From: Christensenellales bacterium
GTDB taxonomy: Bacteria; Bacillota; Clostridia; Christensenellales; Aristaeellaceae
NCBI GenBank assembly: GCA_045111455.1
Contig: JBGUGL010000053.1
Coordinates: 34,592-98,591 of the forward strand
Direction: 5' to 3'
DNA: 64,000 nt
Shown: positions 27,662 to 36,576 of the stretch, piece by piece
Layout of the letters: the number at the start of each line of letters is the position of its first letter
Numbering within the stretch: position 1 is the stretch's first letter
The notes under the pieces: model-generated
What the model was told of the DNA's origin: nothing
The model's input: only the letters and a program-made list of their open reading frames with translations
The model's database searches: none
Position numbers and translations under genes: made by a program

Positions 27662-28885
27662 TCAGGGCTTCAGGGTCAGCTCCTGCTCCAGGTCCTGATC
27701 CAGCGTAATCCCGGCGGCGCCGGCATCCGTCCGGAGGGTGTAGCCGCCTTTGAAACCGGTAAAGGAAATCCGGCCTTCCCCGTCGGCTGTCAGGGTTTCG
27801 TGGGTTTCCCAGTCTCCGTGGATCAGCCGGTGCAGGGCATGGTAGGAAGGCTTCTCACTGTTGTCCTGGCGGACGAAGCCCGAAGGGGCCTTCAGCCAGC
27901 AGCCGTCATTGAAGTCCCAGGTGGTGATGGCCTCCACCAGGGGATGGCTGAACAGAACGGTATACATTTCGCTGATTTCCCGGGCCTGCCGCTCCTCGCC
28001 TTCGGGTGTGCTGGGCCATTCATCCACCTGCCAGTCGTTCAGGTCCACAATATGGGCAGGCATGATGTCTCCGGAAATCAGGGTGTTTTCCGTGAAATGA
28101 ATGGGCAGGCCAAAGCGGGAAAAACGCTCCAGGACGTCGTTCAGTTTGTCCAGTCCCCAGTATCCCTGGTGCTGGTGGCTCTGGATACCGATGGCGCTGA
28201 CGGGCACGTCCGCTTCCAGCAGATCCTCAATCAGATGTTCATAGGCCTTGCTGGTGTTGAAGTCATTGATGAGGAGCACTGCACCGGGGTCGGTTTCCTT
28301 CGCGGCTTCAAATACCTTTTTGACCAGAGGAACCCGCCCCAGCTCTTTGCAGATCCGGGTGACGGCGTTGTCATATTTGTCGAATACCGGCATGATCACC
28401 ACTTCATTGATGACGTCCCACAGGCCGATGACGCCTTTGAAGGCGCTTACATCCCGGTGGATCCTTTCCAGCTGCCGGCGGAGGATTTCCTCATTGGAAT
28501 ACTGCATGAGCCACGGCGCGCAGGCTGTGTGCCAGCACAGGGGATGCCCCTTCACCTGCGCTCCCCTTTCCCGCAGCCAGCGGGCGGCGGCCATGGTTTC
28601 GGGGTAAACGGTCTGTCCTTCCACGGGCTCGTATCTTCCCCAGTAGAAGGGCAGGGTGCCGTAATTGAACAGCTTCAGCCATTTGTCCATGCGTTCCTGC
28701 AGGAAGGAACGCTGCTTTTCATCCCGGGCCCTCATGAGTTCCACGGCATCAAAGGCGCCGCAGCCGAAAAGGAACTGGTGGGAAACCTGGTCGACGCGGA
28801 CGGTGCGGCCGGCGGCGGGGGAGCCGTCCGGATTCAGGAGCCGGATTTTCGCGGCTGCCTGGCGGTGGTTCAGTTGGTTCATCAT
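27662..28885 (-). CDS. GH10 endo-1,4-beta-xylanase-like (no signal peptide)
   Basis: KGHPLCWH, WDVINE, LLINDFN, IGIQSH, HFTE, ITTWD. Confidence 0.88.
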   Translation of the reverse strand: MMNQLNHRQAAAKIRLLNPDGSPAAGRTVRVDQVSHQFLFGCGAFDAVELMRARDEKQRSFLQERMDKWLKLFNYGTLPFYWGRYEPVEGQTVYPETMAAARWLRERGAQVKGHPLCWHTACAPWLMQYSNEEILRRQLERIHRDVSAFKGVIGLWDVINEVVIMPVFDKYDNAVTRICKELGRVPLVKKVFEAAKETDPGAVLLINDFNTSKAYEHLIEDLLEADVPVSAIGIQSHQHQGYWGLDKLNDVLERFSRFGLPIHFTENTLISGDIMPAHIVDLNDWQVDEWPSTPEGEERQAREISEMYTVLFSHPLVEAITTWDFNDGCWLKAPSGFVRQDNSEKPSYHALHRLIHGDWETHETLTADGEGRISFTGFKGGYTLRTDAGAAGITLDQDLEQELTLKP

Positions 28886-28944
28886 GATGCTTCCCTTTTT
28901 TTAGTCTGTATCGGAACAATGGATCACCGGGTTTTCTGCAGCAT

Positions 28945-30300
28945 TCAGGCTGCCGAAGGGGTAACGGTGATTTTCCGCCTCCAGGCGAAATACCGCAGGA
29001 CGCAGGAGAGACCGGCCAGCATCCAGGTAATGCCGGCGGTATACCAGACAGCCCAGACGCCCACGCCCGAAACCGCGGAAAGCAGCAAGGGTAGCCCGAT
29101 GCGTCCGGCTATCTCCACAAAGCCGTTGATAAAGGCGAACAGCGCGTCCCCGATGCCGTTGAGAACGCCGCGGGTGGCGTAGATGGTTCCCAGGAACAGG
29201 TAGAAGAAGCTGGTGATCTTCAGGGCCCGGCCGCCCAGGGAAATCACATCCGCCTCGTTGACAAACAGATGGATCAGGTTGTCTCCCCAGACCTGCATCA
29301 GCAGGAACATCAGGGCGGACAGGATGGCCGTGGCAATCATGTTGTCCCTGAAACCCGCGCGGATCCGGTCCTTCCGTCCGGCTCCGTAGTTCTGGCTGGA
29401 ATAGGTGGAAAGGGCCATGCTCAGGGAGCCGAAGGGCTGCTGAACCAGCTGTTCCAGGCGGTTGGTGGCCGTAAAGGCAGCGACGGCATTGGCGCCGAAA
29501 GAATTGGTGAAGGTCTGCAGGGCGGTGGTGGAAACCGCGATAAGGCTCCACTGCAGTGCCAGGGGTAGGCCCATGCGGATGGCGCCTTTGGCGATTTTCC
29601 GGTCAAAGGGAAGGTAGGATCTGTTCAGCCGGAAGAAGGGATTGGTGCGGACTGCATAAAGCAGGGATCCGACCCCGGCTAGCAGCTGGGAAAGCATGGT
29701 GGCCAGGGCGGCGCCGAAAACGCCCAGGCCGAAGGAGCCTACAAACAGCAGGTCCAGCCCCACATTCAGGAAGCAGGAGAAAATCAGGAAGTACAGGGGC
29801 GTCCGGGAATCCCCCAGGGCGCGCTGCATGGAAGAGGCATAGTTGTAAACGGCAATCAGGGGTACCGAGGCGGAGGTCATCCGCATATAGGTGACAGCAT
29901 CCGGAAGAATTTCCGCCGGCGTGCCCATCCATCCAAGCACGGTCGGAACCATCAGGAATGCAGTGACGCCGGTGACGAGCGAGGTGGACAGCATGATGTA
30001 GGCGGAGTTTACAATCGCCCGCTTTACCCGGTCATAATCCTTCGCGCCGTAATACTGGGCAGTGATGATGCCCCCGCCGCTGCTGATACCGTTGCAGACG
30101 GAGAAAAACAGGAAGGAAATGGAACCGGTGGCGCCCACCGCGGCCAGGGAATTGGCCCCCAGCAGTTTCCCCACAATCATTGAGTCCGCCAGGTTATAGG
30201 CCTGCTGGAACAGGTTGCCGATCAAAAGCGGAAGCGCAAACACAAAGAGCAGCCGCATGGGCCTGCCTTCAGTCATGTTCATCAGATTGCTTTTCCGCAT
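28945..30300 (-). CDS. MATE family efflux transporter
   Basis: LPLLIGNLFQQAYNLADSMIVG, GDSRTPLYFL..LNVGLD; multiple TM helices. Confidence 0.92.
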   Translation of the reverse strand: MRKSNLMNMTEGRPMRLLFVFALPLLIGNLFQQAYNLADSMIVGKLLGANSLAAVGATGSISFLFFSVCNGISSGGGIITAQYYGAKDYDRVKRAIVNSAYIMLSTSLVTGVTAFLMVPTVLGWMGTPAEILPDAVTYMRMTSASVPLIAVYNYASSMQRALGDSRTPLYFLIFSCFLNVGLDLLFVGSFGLGVFGAALATMLSQLLAGVGSLLYAVRTNPFFRLNRSYLPFDRKIAKGAIRMGLPLALQWSLIAVSTTALQTFTNSFGANAVAAFTATNRLEQLVQQPFGSLSMALSTYSSQNYGAGRKDRIRAGFRDNMIATAILSALMFLLMQVWGDNLIHLFVNEADVISLGGRALKITSFFYLFLGTIYATRGVLNGIGDALFAFINGFVEIAGRIGLPLLLSAVSGVGVWAVWYTAGITWMLAGLSCVLRYFAWRRKITVTPSAA

Positions 30301-30321
30301 GGGATCATCTCTTTTCCGCAA

Positions 30322-30558
30322 TCAGTAAGGCGCTGGGAATTCTCGCCCCAGCTTGACCACCAGCATCACCGCCAGGATGGACAGCAGGGGATCGGGATTG
30401 CCGGCGATGATCACATCGTCAATGAGACGGCGTGAAAGCGCGGGATTCACCAGCAGCAGCACGCAGGTGAAGGCGCAGATACACAGGGCGGCGATGTGGC
30501 GGCGGCGGTATGGAGCGTCCATATTCTTCCACAGCCATTCGATCTGCTTGCACAACAT
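30322..30558 (-). pseudogene. N-terminal remnant of an ABC exporter
   Basis: WLWKNM..LLLVNPALSRRLIDDVI..LAVMLVVKLGR is the first TM pair of ABC exporters; ends abruptly. Confidence 0.55.
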
Positions 30559-30604
30559 CGTAAAAAAACTTCCTTTTCTGAACTGTCGGCAGGAAAGGAA
30601 AACC

Positions 30605-31780
30605 TCAGATCATCAGGCGGTAAATCTTTTCACAGTCTTCCTCATCCAGGGTGACAAAACCGGAGATGCTTCCCTGACGGCCGTCTCCCCGGCACAGGTT
30701 CCTGACTAATACGGGGATATCCTCTTCCCGGGCACCGAGTTCCGCAAAGCTGGCGGGCATGCCGATGGAAGAGAAGAACTGACGCAGTTTTTCAATGCCC
30801 TGCCGTGCGGTGACTTCCGGATGGGCAAAATCCATCTGGCAGCCCCAGACCCGGACGGCGACCTGGGCAAAGCGCATGACGTCATGGTTCATCACATAGG
30901 TGAATACCGCGGGCAGCGTAACGGCCAGGCCGGCGCCGTGGGCGCAGTCATAGAGGGCGGACAGCTCATGCTCGATATTGTGGCTGTTCCAGTCCTGGCT
31001 CCGGCCCACCCCGCAGGAGTTGTTGTGGGCCATCATGCCGGCCCACATGATGTTGGCCCGGGCTTCATAGTTGTCCGGGTTTTCAATGACCCGGGGACCT
31101 TCGTGGATCATGGTGAGCAGAAGCGCTTCAATCAGCCGGTCCGTCACTTCCACTTCCGGGGTGTTGGTGAGGTAGCGCTCATACAGGTGGGCCATGATAT
31201 CGGTGATGCCCGCGGCGGTCTGGAAGGCTGGCAGGGTCTGGGTCAGGGCGGGATTCAGGATGGAGAATTTCGGCCGGATGGCGTCCCCGCTGGCGCCGCG
31301 TTTATACATGCCGTCCTCCAGGGTAATCACGCTGTCCGGGCTGCCTTCACTGCCGGCGGCGGCAATGGTCAGCACGGTGCCTACCGGCAGGGCTTCCGTG
31401 ATGGGCTTTCCGCTGTAGAAATCCCAGAAATCACCGTCATAGACGGTGCCGGCGGCAATGGCCTTGGCGGAGTCAATGGAGCTGCCGCCGCCCACGGCCA
31501 GGATAAAGTCGATTTTTTCCTTCCGGCACAGTTCGATTCCTTCATAGACCAGACCGCTGCGGGGATTCGGCTTCACACCGCCCAGCAGGATATAAGCGAT
31601 TCCTTCAGCTTCCAGGGAGGCTTTGACCCGGTCAATCAGGCCGGAACGCACAGCGCTTCCGCCGCCGTAATGAATCAGCACCCGGCTTCCGCCAAACCGT
31701 TTGACCAGTTCACCGGTGCGGTTTTCGGCATCCTTTCCGAAGGCAAAACAGGTGGGGGAATAAAAGGTAAAATTATGCAT
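30605..31780 (-). CDS. Iron-containing alcohol dehydrogenase (NADH-butanol dehydrogenase-like)
   Basis: GGVKPNP, AVGGGSSIDSAKAIA, DIMAH, HNIEHELSALYDCAHGAGLA. Confidence 0.92.
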   Translation of the reverse strand: MHNFTFYSPTCFAFGKDAENRTGELVKRFGGSRVLIHYGGGSAVRSGLIDRVKASLEAEGIAYILLGGVKPNPRSGLVYEGIELCRKEKIDFILAVGGGSSIDSAKAIAAGTVYDGDFWDFYSGKPITEALPVGTVLTIAAAGSEGSPDSVITLEDGMYKRGASGDAIRPKFSILNPALTQTLPAFQTAAGITDIMAHLYERYLTNTPEVEVTDRLIEALLLTMIHEGPRVIENPDNYEARANIMWAGMMAHNNSCGVGRSQDWNSHNIEHELSALYDCAHGAGLAVTLPAVFTYVMNHDVMRFAQVAVRVWGCQMDFAHPEVTARQGIEKLRQFFSSIGMPASFAELGAREEDIPVLVRNLCRGDGRQGSISGFVTLDEEDCEKIYRLMI

Positions 31781-31851
31781 TGACTCTCCGCCCTTCCCCG
31801 GAATGCGGCCTCTGAAGAGATTGACACATTCTCGGAATTCATGATAAAATA

Positions 31852-31882
31852 ATCATAATCCTTAAAGTTAACTCTAAGTCAA
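31852..31882 (-). promoter_or_regulatory. MerR-type promoter (19-bp spacer) with operator, driving the alcohol dehydrogenase
   Basis: Minus strand TTGACT-TAGAGTTAACTTTAAGGAT-TATGAT; dyad CTTAAAG-TTAA-CTCTAAG. Confidence 0.82.
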
Positions 31883-31959
31883 TAGTCAGTATTAAAAAAG
31901 TACGGACAAACTGCCGGAAACAGCCGGAAACGCCGTAAAAACAAGGGAGGAATCATCCG

Positions 31960-32928
31960 ATGAGAAAGGTCAGATGGGGTGTTCTGGGCACGGCGGATAT
32001 CGCCAGGGGACAGACAATTCCCGGCATGCAGCAGGCGGAGCACTGCGAGCTGTATGCCATCGCGGGACGGAGGATCGAAAAGGCCAGGGATTACCGGGAG
32101 ACCTTCGGGTTCCGGAAGGCATACGGCAGCTACGACGAGCTGTTGGCTGACCCGGAGGTGGAGGCGGTATATATTCCGCTGCCCAACGATATCCACTGTG
32201 AATGGACGGTCAAAGCCCTGAAGGCAAAAAAGCATGTGCTGTGCGAAAAGCCGCTGGCAGTTTCCGAGGCGCAGGCGGAGGAAATGTTCCGGGCGGCGGA
32301 AGAGAACGGAGTGCTTCTGATGGAGGCCTTTGCCTACCTGCACAGTCCTTTTGTACAGGCGGTGAAAGCCGAGCTGGACGCCGGCGTGATCGGGGATATC
32401 CGGTATTTTGAATCTGCCTTCATCACCGGACGGCGGCCGGATACGGATATCCGGCTCCGGCGGGAAACCTACGGCGGCTCCCAGTATGACCTGGGGTGCT
32501 ACTGCACCAGCATGGCCCTGTGGATGCTGGGAAAGGAACCGGACCGGGTGATGGCTGCCGCGCATTTCTCGGAGAAGAAGATTGACCTGTTCACTTCGGC
32601 CCTGCTGGTGTATGAGAACGGCCTGACCGCCAGCCTGGACTGCGGCATGGTGCTGCCGGAGGGCCGGCTGGACCGTTTCCGCATCTGCGGAACGGAAGGC
32701 GAGATCGTTTCCCCGGTGGAATTCAACCAGTGCGGCGAGATCCCGTATACCATTGTCCGGAACGGCGTGAAGGAAACGAAAACCATCCATGCGCCGAACA
32801 ACTATGCCCTGGAAACGGAACAGCTGAGCCTGTGCGTACTGACCGGGGAGAAACCCCATGTTTCCAGGGAATTCAGCCTGATGACCGCCCGGGTGACGGA
32901 CCGGATCCTGCAGGCAGCCGGATACTGA
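31960..32928 (+). CDS. Gfo/Idh/MocA family oxidoreductase
   Basis: WGVLGTADIA, VYIPLPN..H, HVLCEKP, GGSQYDLGCY. Confidence 0.92.
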   Translation: MRKVRWGVLGTADIARGQTIPGMQQAEHCELYAIAGRRIEKARDYRETFGFRKAYGSYDELLADPEVEAVYIPLPNDIHCEWTVKALKAKKHVLCEKPLAVSEAQAEEMFRAAEENGVLLMEAFAYLHSPFVQAVKAELDAGVIGDIRYFESAFITGRRPDTDIRLRRETYGGSQYDLGCYCTSMALWMLGKEPDRVMAAAHFSEKKIDLFTSALLVYENGLTASLDCGMVLPEGRLDRFRICGTEGEIVSPVEFNQCGEIPYTIVRNGVKETKTIHAPNNYALETEQLSLCVLTGEKPHVSREFSLMTARVTDRILQAAGY

Positions 32929-32968
32929 CGTTCCGGGGAATCCGGCCGGGAAAACAGGAGGAGACGCC

Positions 32969-34714
32969 ATGAAGATGCTGTGGAAACTGAGCCGGGAGGC
33001 TGTCCGCTACAGGGGACTGTACATCATCGCCATTCTGGCCACCCTGGGGCTGACCGCGGTCAACCTGGCCGCCCCCAAGGCGCTTTCCGCCATGACGGGA
33101 ATCGTGGAGCGGGGCGTGGATGAAGCCGGCCTGCACCGGATCGGCGTGCTGACCGGGGTGCTGGTGGGCCTGTACCTGCTGCGGATCCTGTTCCGTTTCC
33201 TGAGCAACTACCTGGCCCACAAGGCTGCCTGGTACCTGGTGGGGGACCTGCGGACCCGGACCTATGACAAGCTGGAACGGATGCACCTGGGTTACTTCCA
33301 CGACAAGCAGACCGGCGATCTGATGAGCCGGATTGTAAACGATACCCGGGATTTTGAACTGCTTTACGCCCATATGATCCCGGAAACCATCACCAACCTG
33401 GTGACCTTCCTGGGGGTGCTGGCGGTACTGCTGACCATCAATCCGAAGCTGGCCCTGATCACCTGCGCGCCGATTCCCCTGATCCTGGTTTCCGGCGTCA
33501 TCTTCTCCAAAAAGGTCCGGCCCTTCTTCCGGATTTCCCAGAAGAAGATGGGGGAACTGAACGGCAAACTGCAGGACAATCTTTCCGGCATCCATGAGAT
33601 CCAGTCCTTCGGCCGGGAGGAATATGAAACGGGCAAAGTGGATGAGCGGAATTTTGAGCATATCCGGGCCATGCTCCACGCCCTGAAGATCAGCGCCGTG
33701 TTCCATCCTTCCGTGGAGTTCATCTCTTCCCTGGGGACGATCCTGGTGGCGGGCTTCGGCGGGTACCTGGCCTACCGGGAAGGCCTGCGGGTGGAGGACG
33801 TGGTGGCTTTCCTGCTGTACCTGGGACTGTTCTATGCCCCGGTGACCGGCCTGGCCAACCTGCTGGAAAACATGCAGCAGTCCATGGCCGGGGCGGAGCG
33901 GGTGCTGGCGGTGCTGGACACGCCCTGCGAGATTCAGGACAGGCCGGGGGCGGTGCCGCTGGAGCATGTGCGGGGCGATATTACCTTTGACCATGTAAGT
34001 TTCTCCTACAGCAGCGACATGCCGGTGCTCCGGGATGTGTCCTTCCATTGTGAACCCGGGGAAATGCTGGCGCTGGTGGGTCCCACAGGGGTAGGAAAGA
34101 CCACGCTGACCCAGCTGATATCCCGCTTCTATGAACCCACGGCGGGGCATATCCTGATTGACGGCCGGGATATCAGCCAGGTGACCCTGGAAAGCCTGCG
34201 GCAGTGTATATCCCCGGTGCTGCAGGACACCTTCCTGTTTAACGGCACTATTGCGGAGAATATCGGCTATGCGGTGCCGGATGCCGGGCCGGAGGATATC
34301 CGGAACGCGGCGAAGGCAGCCAATATCCATGAGGATATCATGGCCATGCCGGAGGGTTATGAAACCCGGGTGGGCGAACGGGGCCTGCGGCTTTCAGGGG
34401 GACAGAAGCAGCGGGTGGCCATTGCCCGGGCGATCCTGCGGAAATCCCCGATCATCATCCTGGATGAGGCCACGGCCTCGGTGGACGTTGAAACGGAGCA
34501 GCAGATCCAGAAAGCGGTGGCGGGGATTGCCGGGACCCGGACTATCATTGCCATTGCCCACAGGCTGTCCACCATCCGGAATGCGGACAAGATCCTTGTG
34601 ATAGAGGAGGGCCGGGTTACGGAAGAGGGCACCCATGAGGAGCTGGTGGCGCTGGGAGGCAGCTATGCCCGGATGAACCGGATCCAGGGCGCGGCCACCG
34701 GCGGGATTGCCTGA
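32969..34714 (+). CDS. ABC exporter (TMD plus NBD)
   Basis: TGDLMSRIVND, GPTGVGKT, LSGGQKQR, ILDEATASVD, IAHRLST. Confidence 0.94.
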   Translation: MKMLWKLSREAVRYRGLYIIAILATLGLTAVNLAAPKALSAMTGIVERGVDEAGLHRIGVLTGVLVGLYLLRILFRFLSNYLAHKAAWYLVGDLRTRTYDKLERMHLGYFHDKQTGDLMSRIVNDTRDFELLYAHMIPETITNLVTFLGVLAVLLTINPKLALITCAPIPLILVSGVIFSKKVRPFFRISQKKMGELNGKLQDNLSGIHEIQSFGREEYETGKVDERNFEHIRAMLHALKISAVFHPSVEFISSLGTILVAGFGGYLAYREGLRVEDVVAFLLYLGLFYAPVTGLANLLENMQQSMAGAERVLAVLDTPCEIQDRPGAVPLEHVRGDITFDHVSFSYSSDMPVLRDVSFHCEPGEMLALVGPTGVGKTTLTQLISRFYEPTAGHILIDGRDISQVTLESLRQCISPVLQDTFLFNGTIAENIGYAVPDAGPEDIRNAAKAANIHEDIMAMPEGYETRVGERGLRLSGGQKQRVAIARAILRKSPIIILDEATASVDVETEQQIQKAVAGIAGTRTIIAIAHRLSTIRNADKILVIEEGRVTEEGTHEELVALGGSYARMNRIQGAATGGIA

Positions 34715-34725
34715 AGGGCCATGAT

Positions 34726-34782
34726 TTGACAAAAAAAGCCGGAACCCATAAAATAGGGACGAACTTTAAAGTTCGCTCTAAG
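34726..34782 (+). promoter_or_regulatory. merR promoter with downstream operator (autorepression)
   Basis: TTGACA-17 bp-TAAAAT, then TTTAAAG-TTCG-CTCTAAG at 34765-34782. Confidence 0.75.
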
Positions 34783-34805
34783 ACAGAGACCGGGAGAGGA
34801 TGTAA

Positions 34806-35189
34806 ATGTATTCAATTCAGGATGTCAGTAAAAAAACCGGACTGACAGCGCATACGCTGCGGTATTATGAAAAGGAAGGCCTGATCTCCGGGGTGGAACG
34901 CACCCAGGGAGGCTTCCGCCAGTATACGGATGAGGACCTGGAGCGCTTGGGACTGATCTGCTGCCTGAAGAATACCGGTATGTCCATCCAGGAAATTGCC
35001 CGGTTTGTGCAGCTGACCCGGGAAGGGGACCATACCCTGAAGGAACGGGTGGAGCTGCTGCGGGAGCACCGGGAACGCGTGCTGGAGCGGATGGATGAAA
35101 TGCAGAAGCACCTGGAGAAGGTGACCTGGAAGCTGAATTTCTTCTCGGAAAAGCTCCGGGCTTATGAAGCCGGACAGAAGAAAAACTGA
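34806..35189 (+). CDS. MerR family regulator (AdhR-like)
   Basis: YSIQDVSKKTGLTAHTLRYYEKEGL..LICCLKNTGMSI with the Cys position typical of AdhR/NmlR. Confidence 0.9.
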   Translation: MYSIQDVSKKTGLTAHTLRYYEKEGLISGVERTQGGFRQYTDEDLERLGLICCLKNTGMSIQEIARFVQLTREGDHTLKERVELLREHRERVLERMDEMQKHLEKVTWKLNFFSEKLRAYEAGQKKN

Positions 35190-35209
35190 AGAATCCGAAG
35201 CGTATATGA

Positions 35210-35242
35210 CAAAGCGCCTTCCCGGAAACGGGAAGGCGCTTT
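35210..35242. terminator. Bidirectional terminator
   Basis: AAAGCGCCTTCCCG-GAAA-CGGGAAGGCGCTTT. Confidence 0.82.
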
Positions 35243-35259
35243 TGCGCGGATCAGGCGGC

Positions 35260-35805
35260 TTACTGCCTGTTCAGGGACAGGCCGGCCCGCTCCAGCGCCA
35301 TGACCAGCACGGGGACCAGGACCAGGTGCAGGATGATGCCCGGGAAAGGCTTCACAAAGGCCCGGATCCATACGAAATGCAGGAGGGACTCACCGATCAC
35401 CGCCAGCCCGGTCTTCAGCAGGACCAGGTAAACAATTCCGTAGACGATGCGGCCCGCAAGCATTGCGATGATCAGAACCGCATAGATGCTCCATTTTTTC
35501 CGGGGGAACAGACGGTACAGCAGTCCGGCCACGCAGCCGTAGGCAGCCAGTTCAAAAGCCATGACAACCGCATCGGGGAACAGGGCAGGCATGCCGGAAA
35601 CCAGGGAACTCATCAGCGGGGCTGTAAAGCCCACCGCCAGTCCCCAGGGCCAGCCGCAGAGGAAACCGCACAGCAATACCGGAACATGCATCAGGGAGAG
35701 CCGTTTGCCGATATCCGGGATCCTCCCGGCTACAGAGGGCATGAGCATGGCCAGCGCCAGGAAAAGGGCTGCATATGTCAGTTTCCGAACCTGAATGGAT
35801 TTCAT
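35260..35805 (-). CDS. ECF transporter S component
   Basis: KLTYAALFLALA..MHVPVLLCGFLCG..WG..G..P..GMP; about 5-6 TM. Confidence 0.82.
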   Translation of the reverse strand: MKSIQVRKLTYAALFLALAMLMPSVAGRIPDIGKRLSLMHVPVLLCGFLCGWPWGLAVGFTAPLMSSLVSGMPALFPDAVVMAFELAAYGCVAGLLYRLFPRKKWSIYAVLIIAMLAGRIVYGIVYLVLLKTGLAVIGESLLHFVWIRAFVKPFPGIILHLVLVPVLVMALERAGLSLNRQ

Positions 35806-35916
35806 ATCTTTGTCCTTTCCCTGCCGGATACCCGGCAGGTTTTCTGTTCTGTTATCCGCAGGGGATTATACCCACAAAAGCAGGTCCCGGTCAATGACGC
35901 GCCTGCCGGAAAGGGC

Positions 35917-36549
35917 TTACCGGGTGAAGTTGGTCCATACCCGGGGCTCTTCCGCTTTCGGGAGACCCAGGTCCTTCCTGCCCAGGGCAATGCTCTGCAT
36001 CAGGAAGGTCATGTTACGGGCCAGCACGCGCATGACCTGCCGGCCTTCGTCATCCACCCGGCCTTCCCCGGGCTCCCAACCGTAGATATTGTTCCAGTAC
36101 CGGCTGGTGGCGACGGGCATGTTTGCCAGGGTAAAGAATTTGTTCAGCTCGTCAAAGGTGGCGGTGCAGCCGGAACGCCGGGCGCTGACCACGCTGGCCC
36201 CGACCTTCAGGCTCTTGTCGAAGGAGGTGCTGTAAAACAGACGCTGGAGGGCGGACATGAGGGTGCCGTTGGCGGAACCGAAATAGACCGGGGAGCCGAT
36301 GACCAGCCCGTCAGCGGCTTCCAGTCTGGGAGCCAGATCATTGACGATGTCGTTAAAGACGCATTTCCCGGTTTTACGGCAGGTTTCGCAGGCGATGCAG
36401 CCCCGGATATCCATACGGCCCAGCAGAATGTTTTCATACTCCACGCTGCATTCGTCAAAAACCTGCTCCATTTCCCGGAAGGCCAGGGCAATATTGCCGT
36501 TTTTCCTGGGGCTGCCGTTGAGCATCAGAACTTTCAGTTTTCTGTCCAT
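35917..36549 (-). CDS. Flavodoxin family / iron-sulfur flavoprotein
   Basis: LNGSPRKNGN, GCIACETC..C, GSPVYFG, SARRSG. Confidence 0.9.
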   Translation of the reverse strand: MDRKLKVLMLNGSPRKNGNIALAFREMEQVFDECSVEYENILLGRMDIRGCIACETCRKTGKCVFNDIVNDLAPRLEAADGLVIGSPVYFGSANGTLMSALQRLFYSTSFDKSLKVGASVVSARRSGCTATFDELNKFFTLANMPVATSRYWNNIYGWEPGEGRVDDEGRQVMRVLARNMTFLMQSIALGRKDLGLPKAEEPRVWTNFTR

Positions 36550-36576
36550 TTTTCTCTTCTCCCTGTTTGATTGGTT

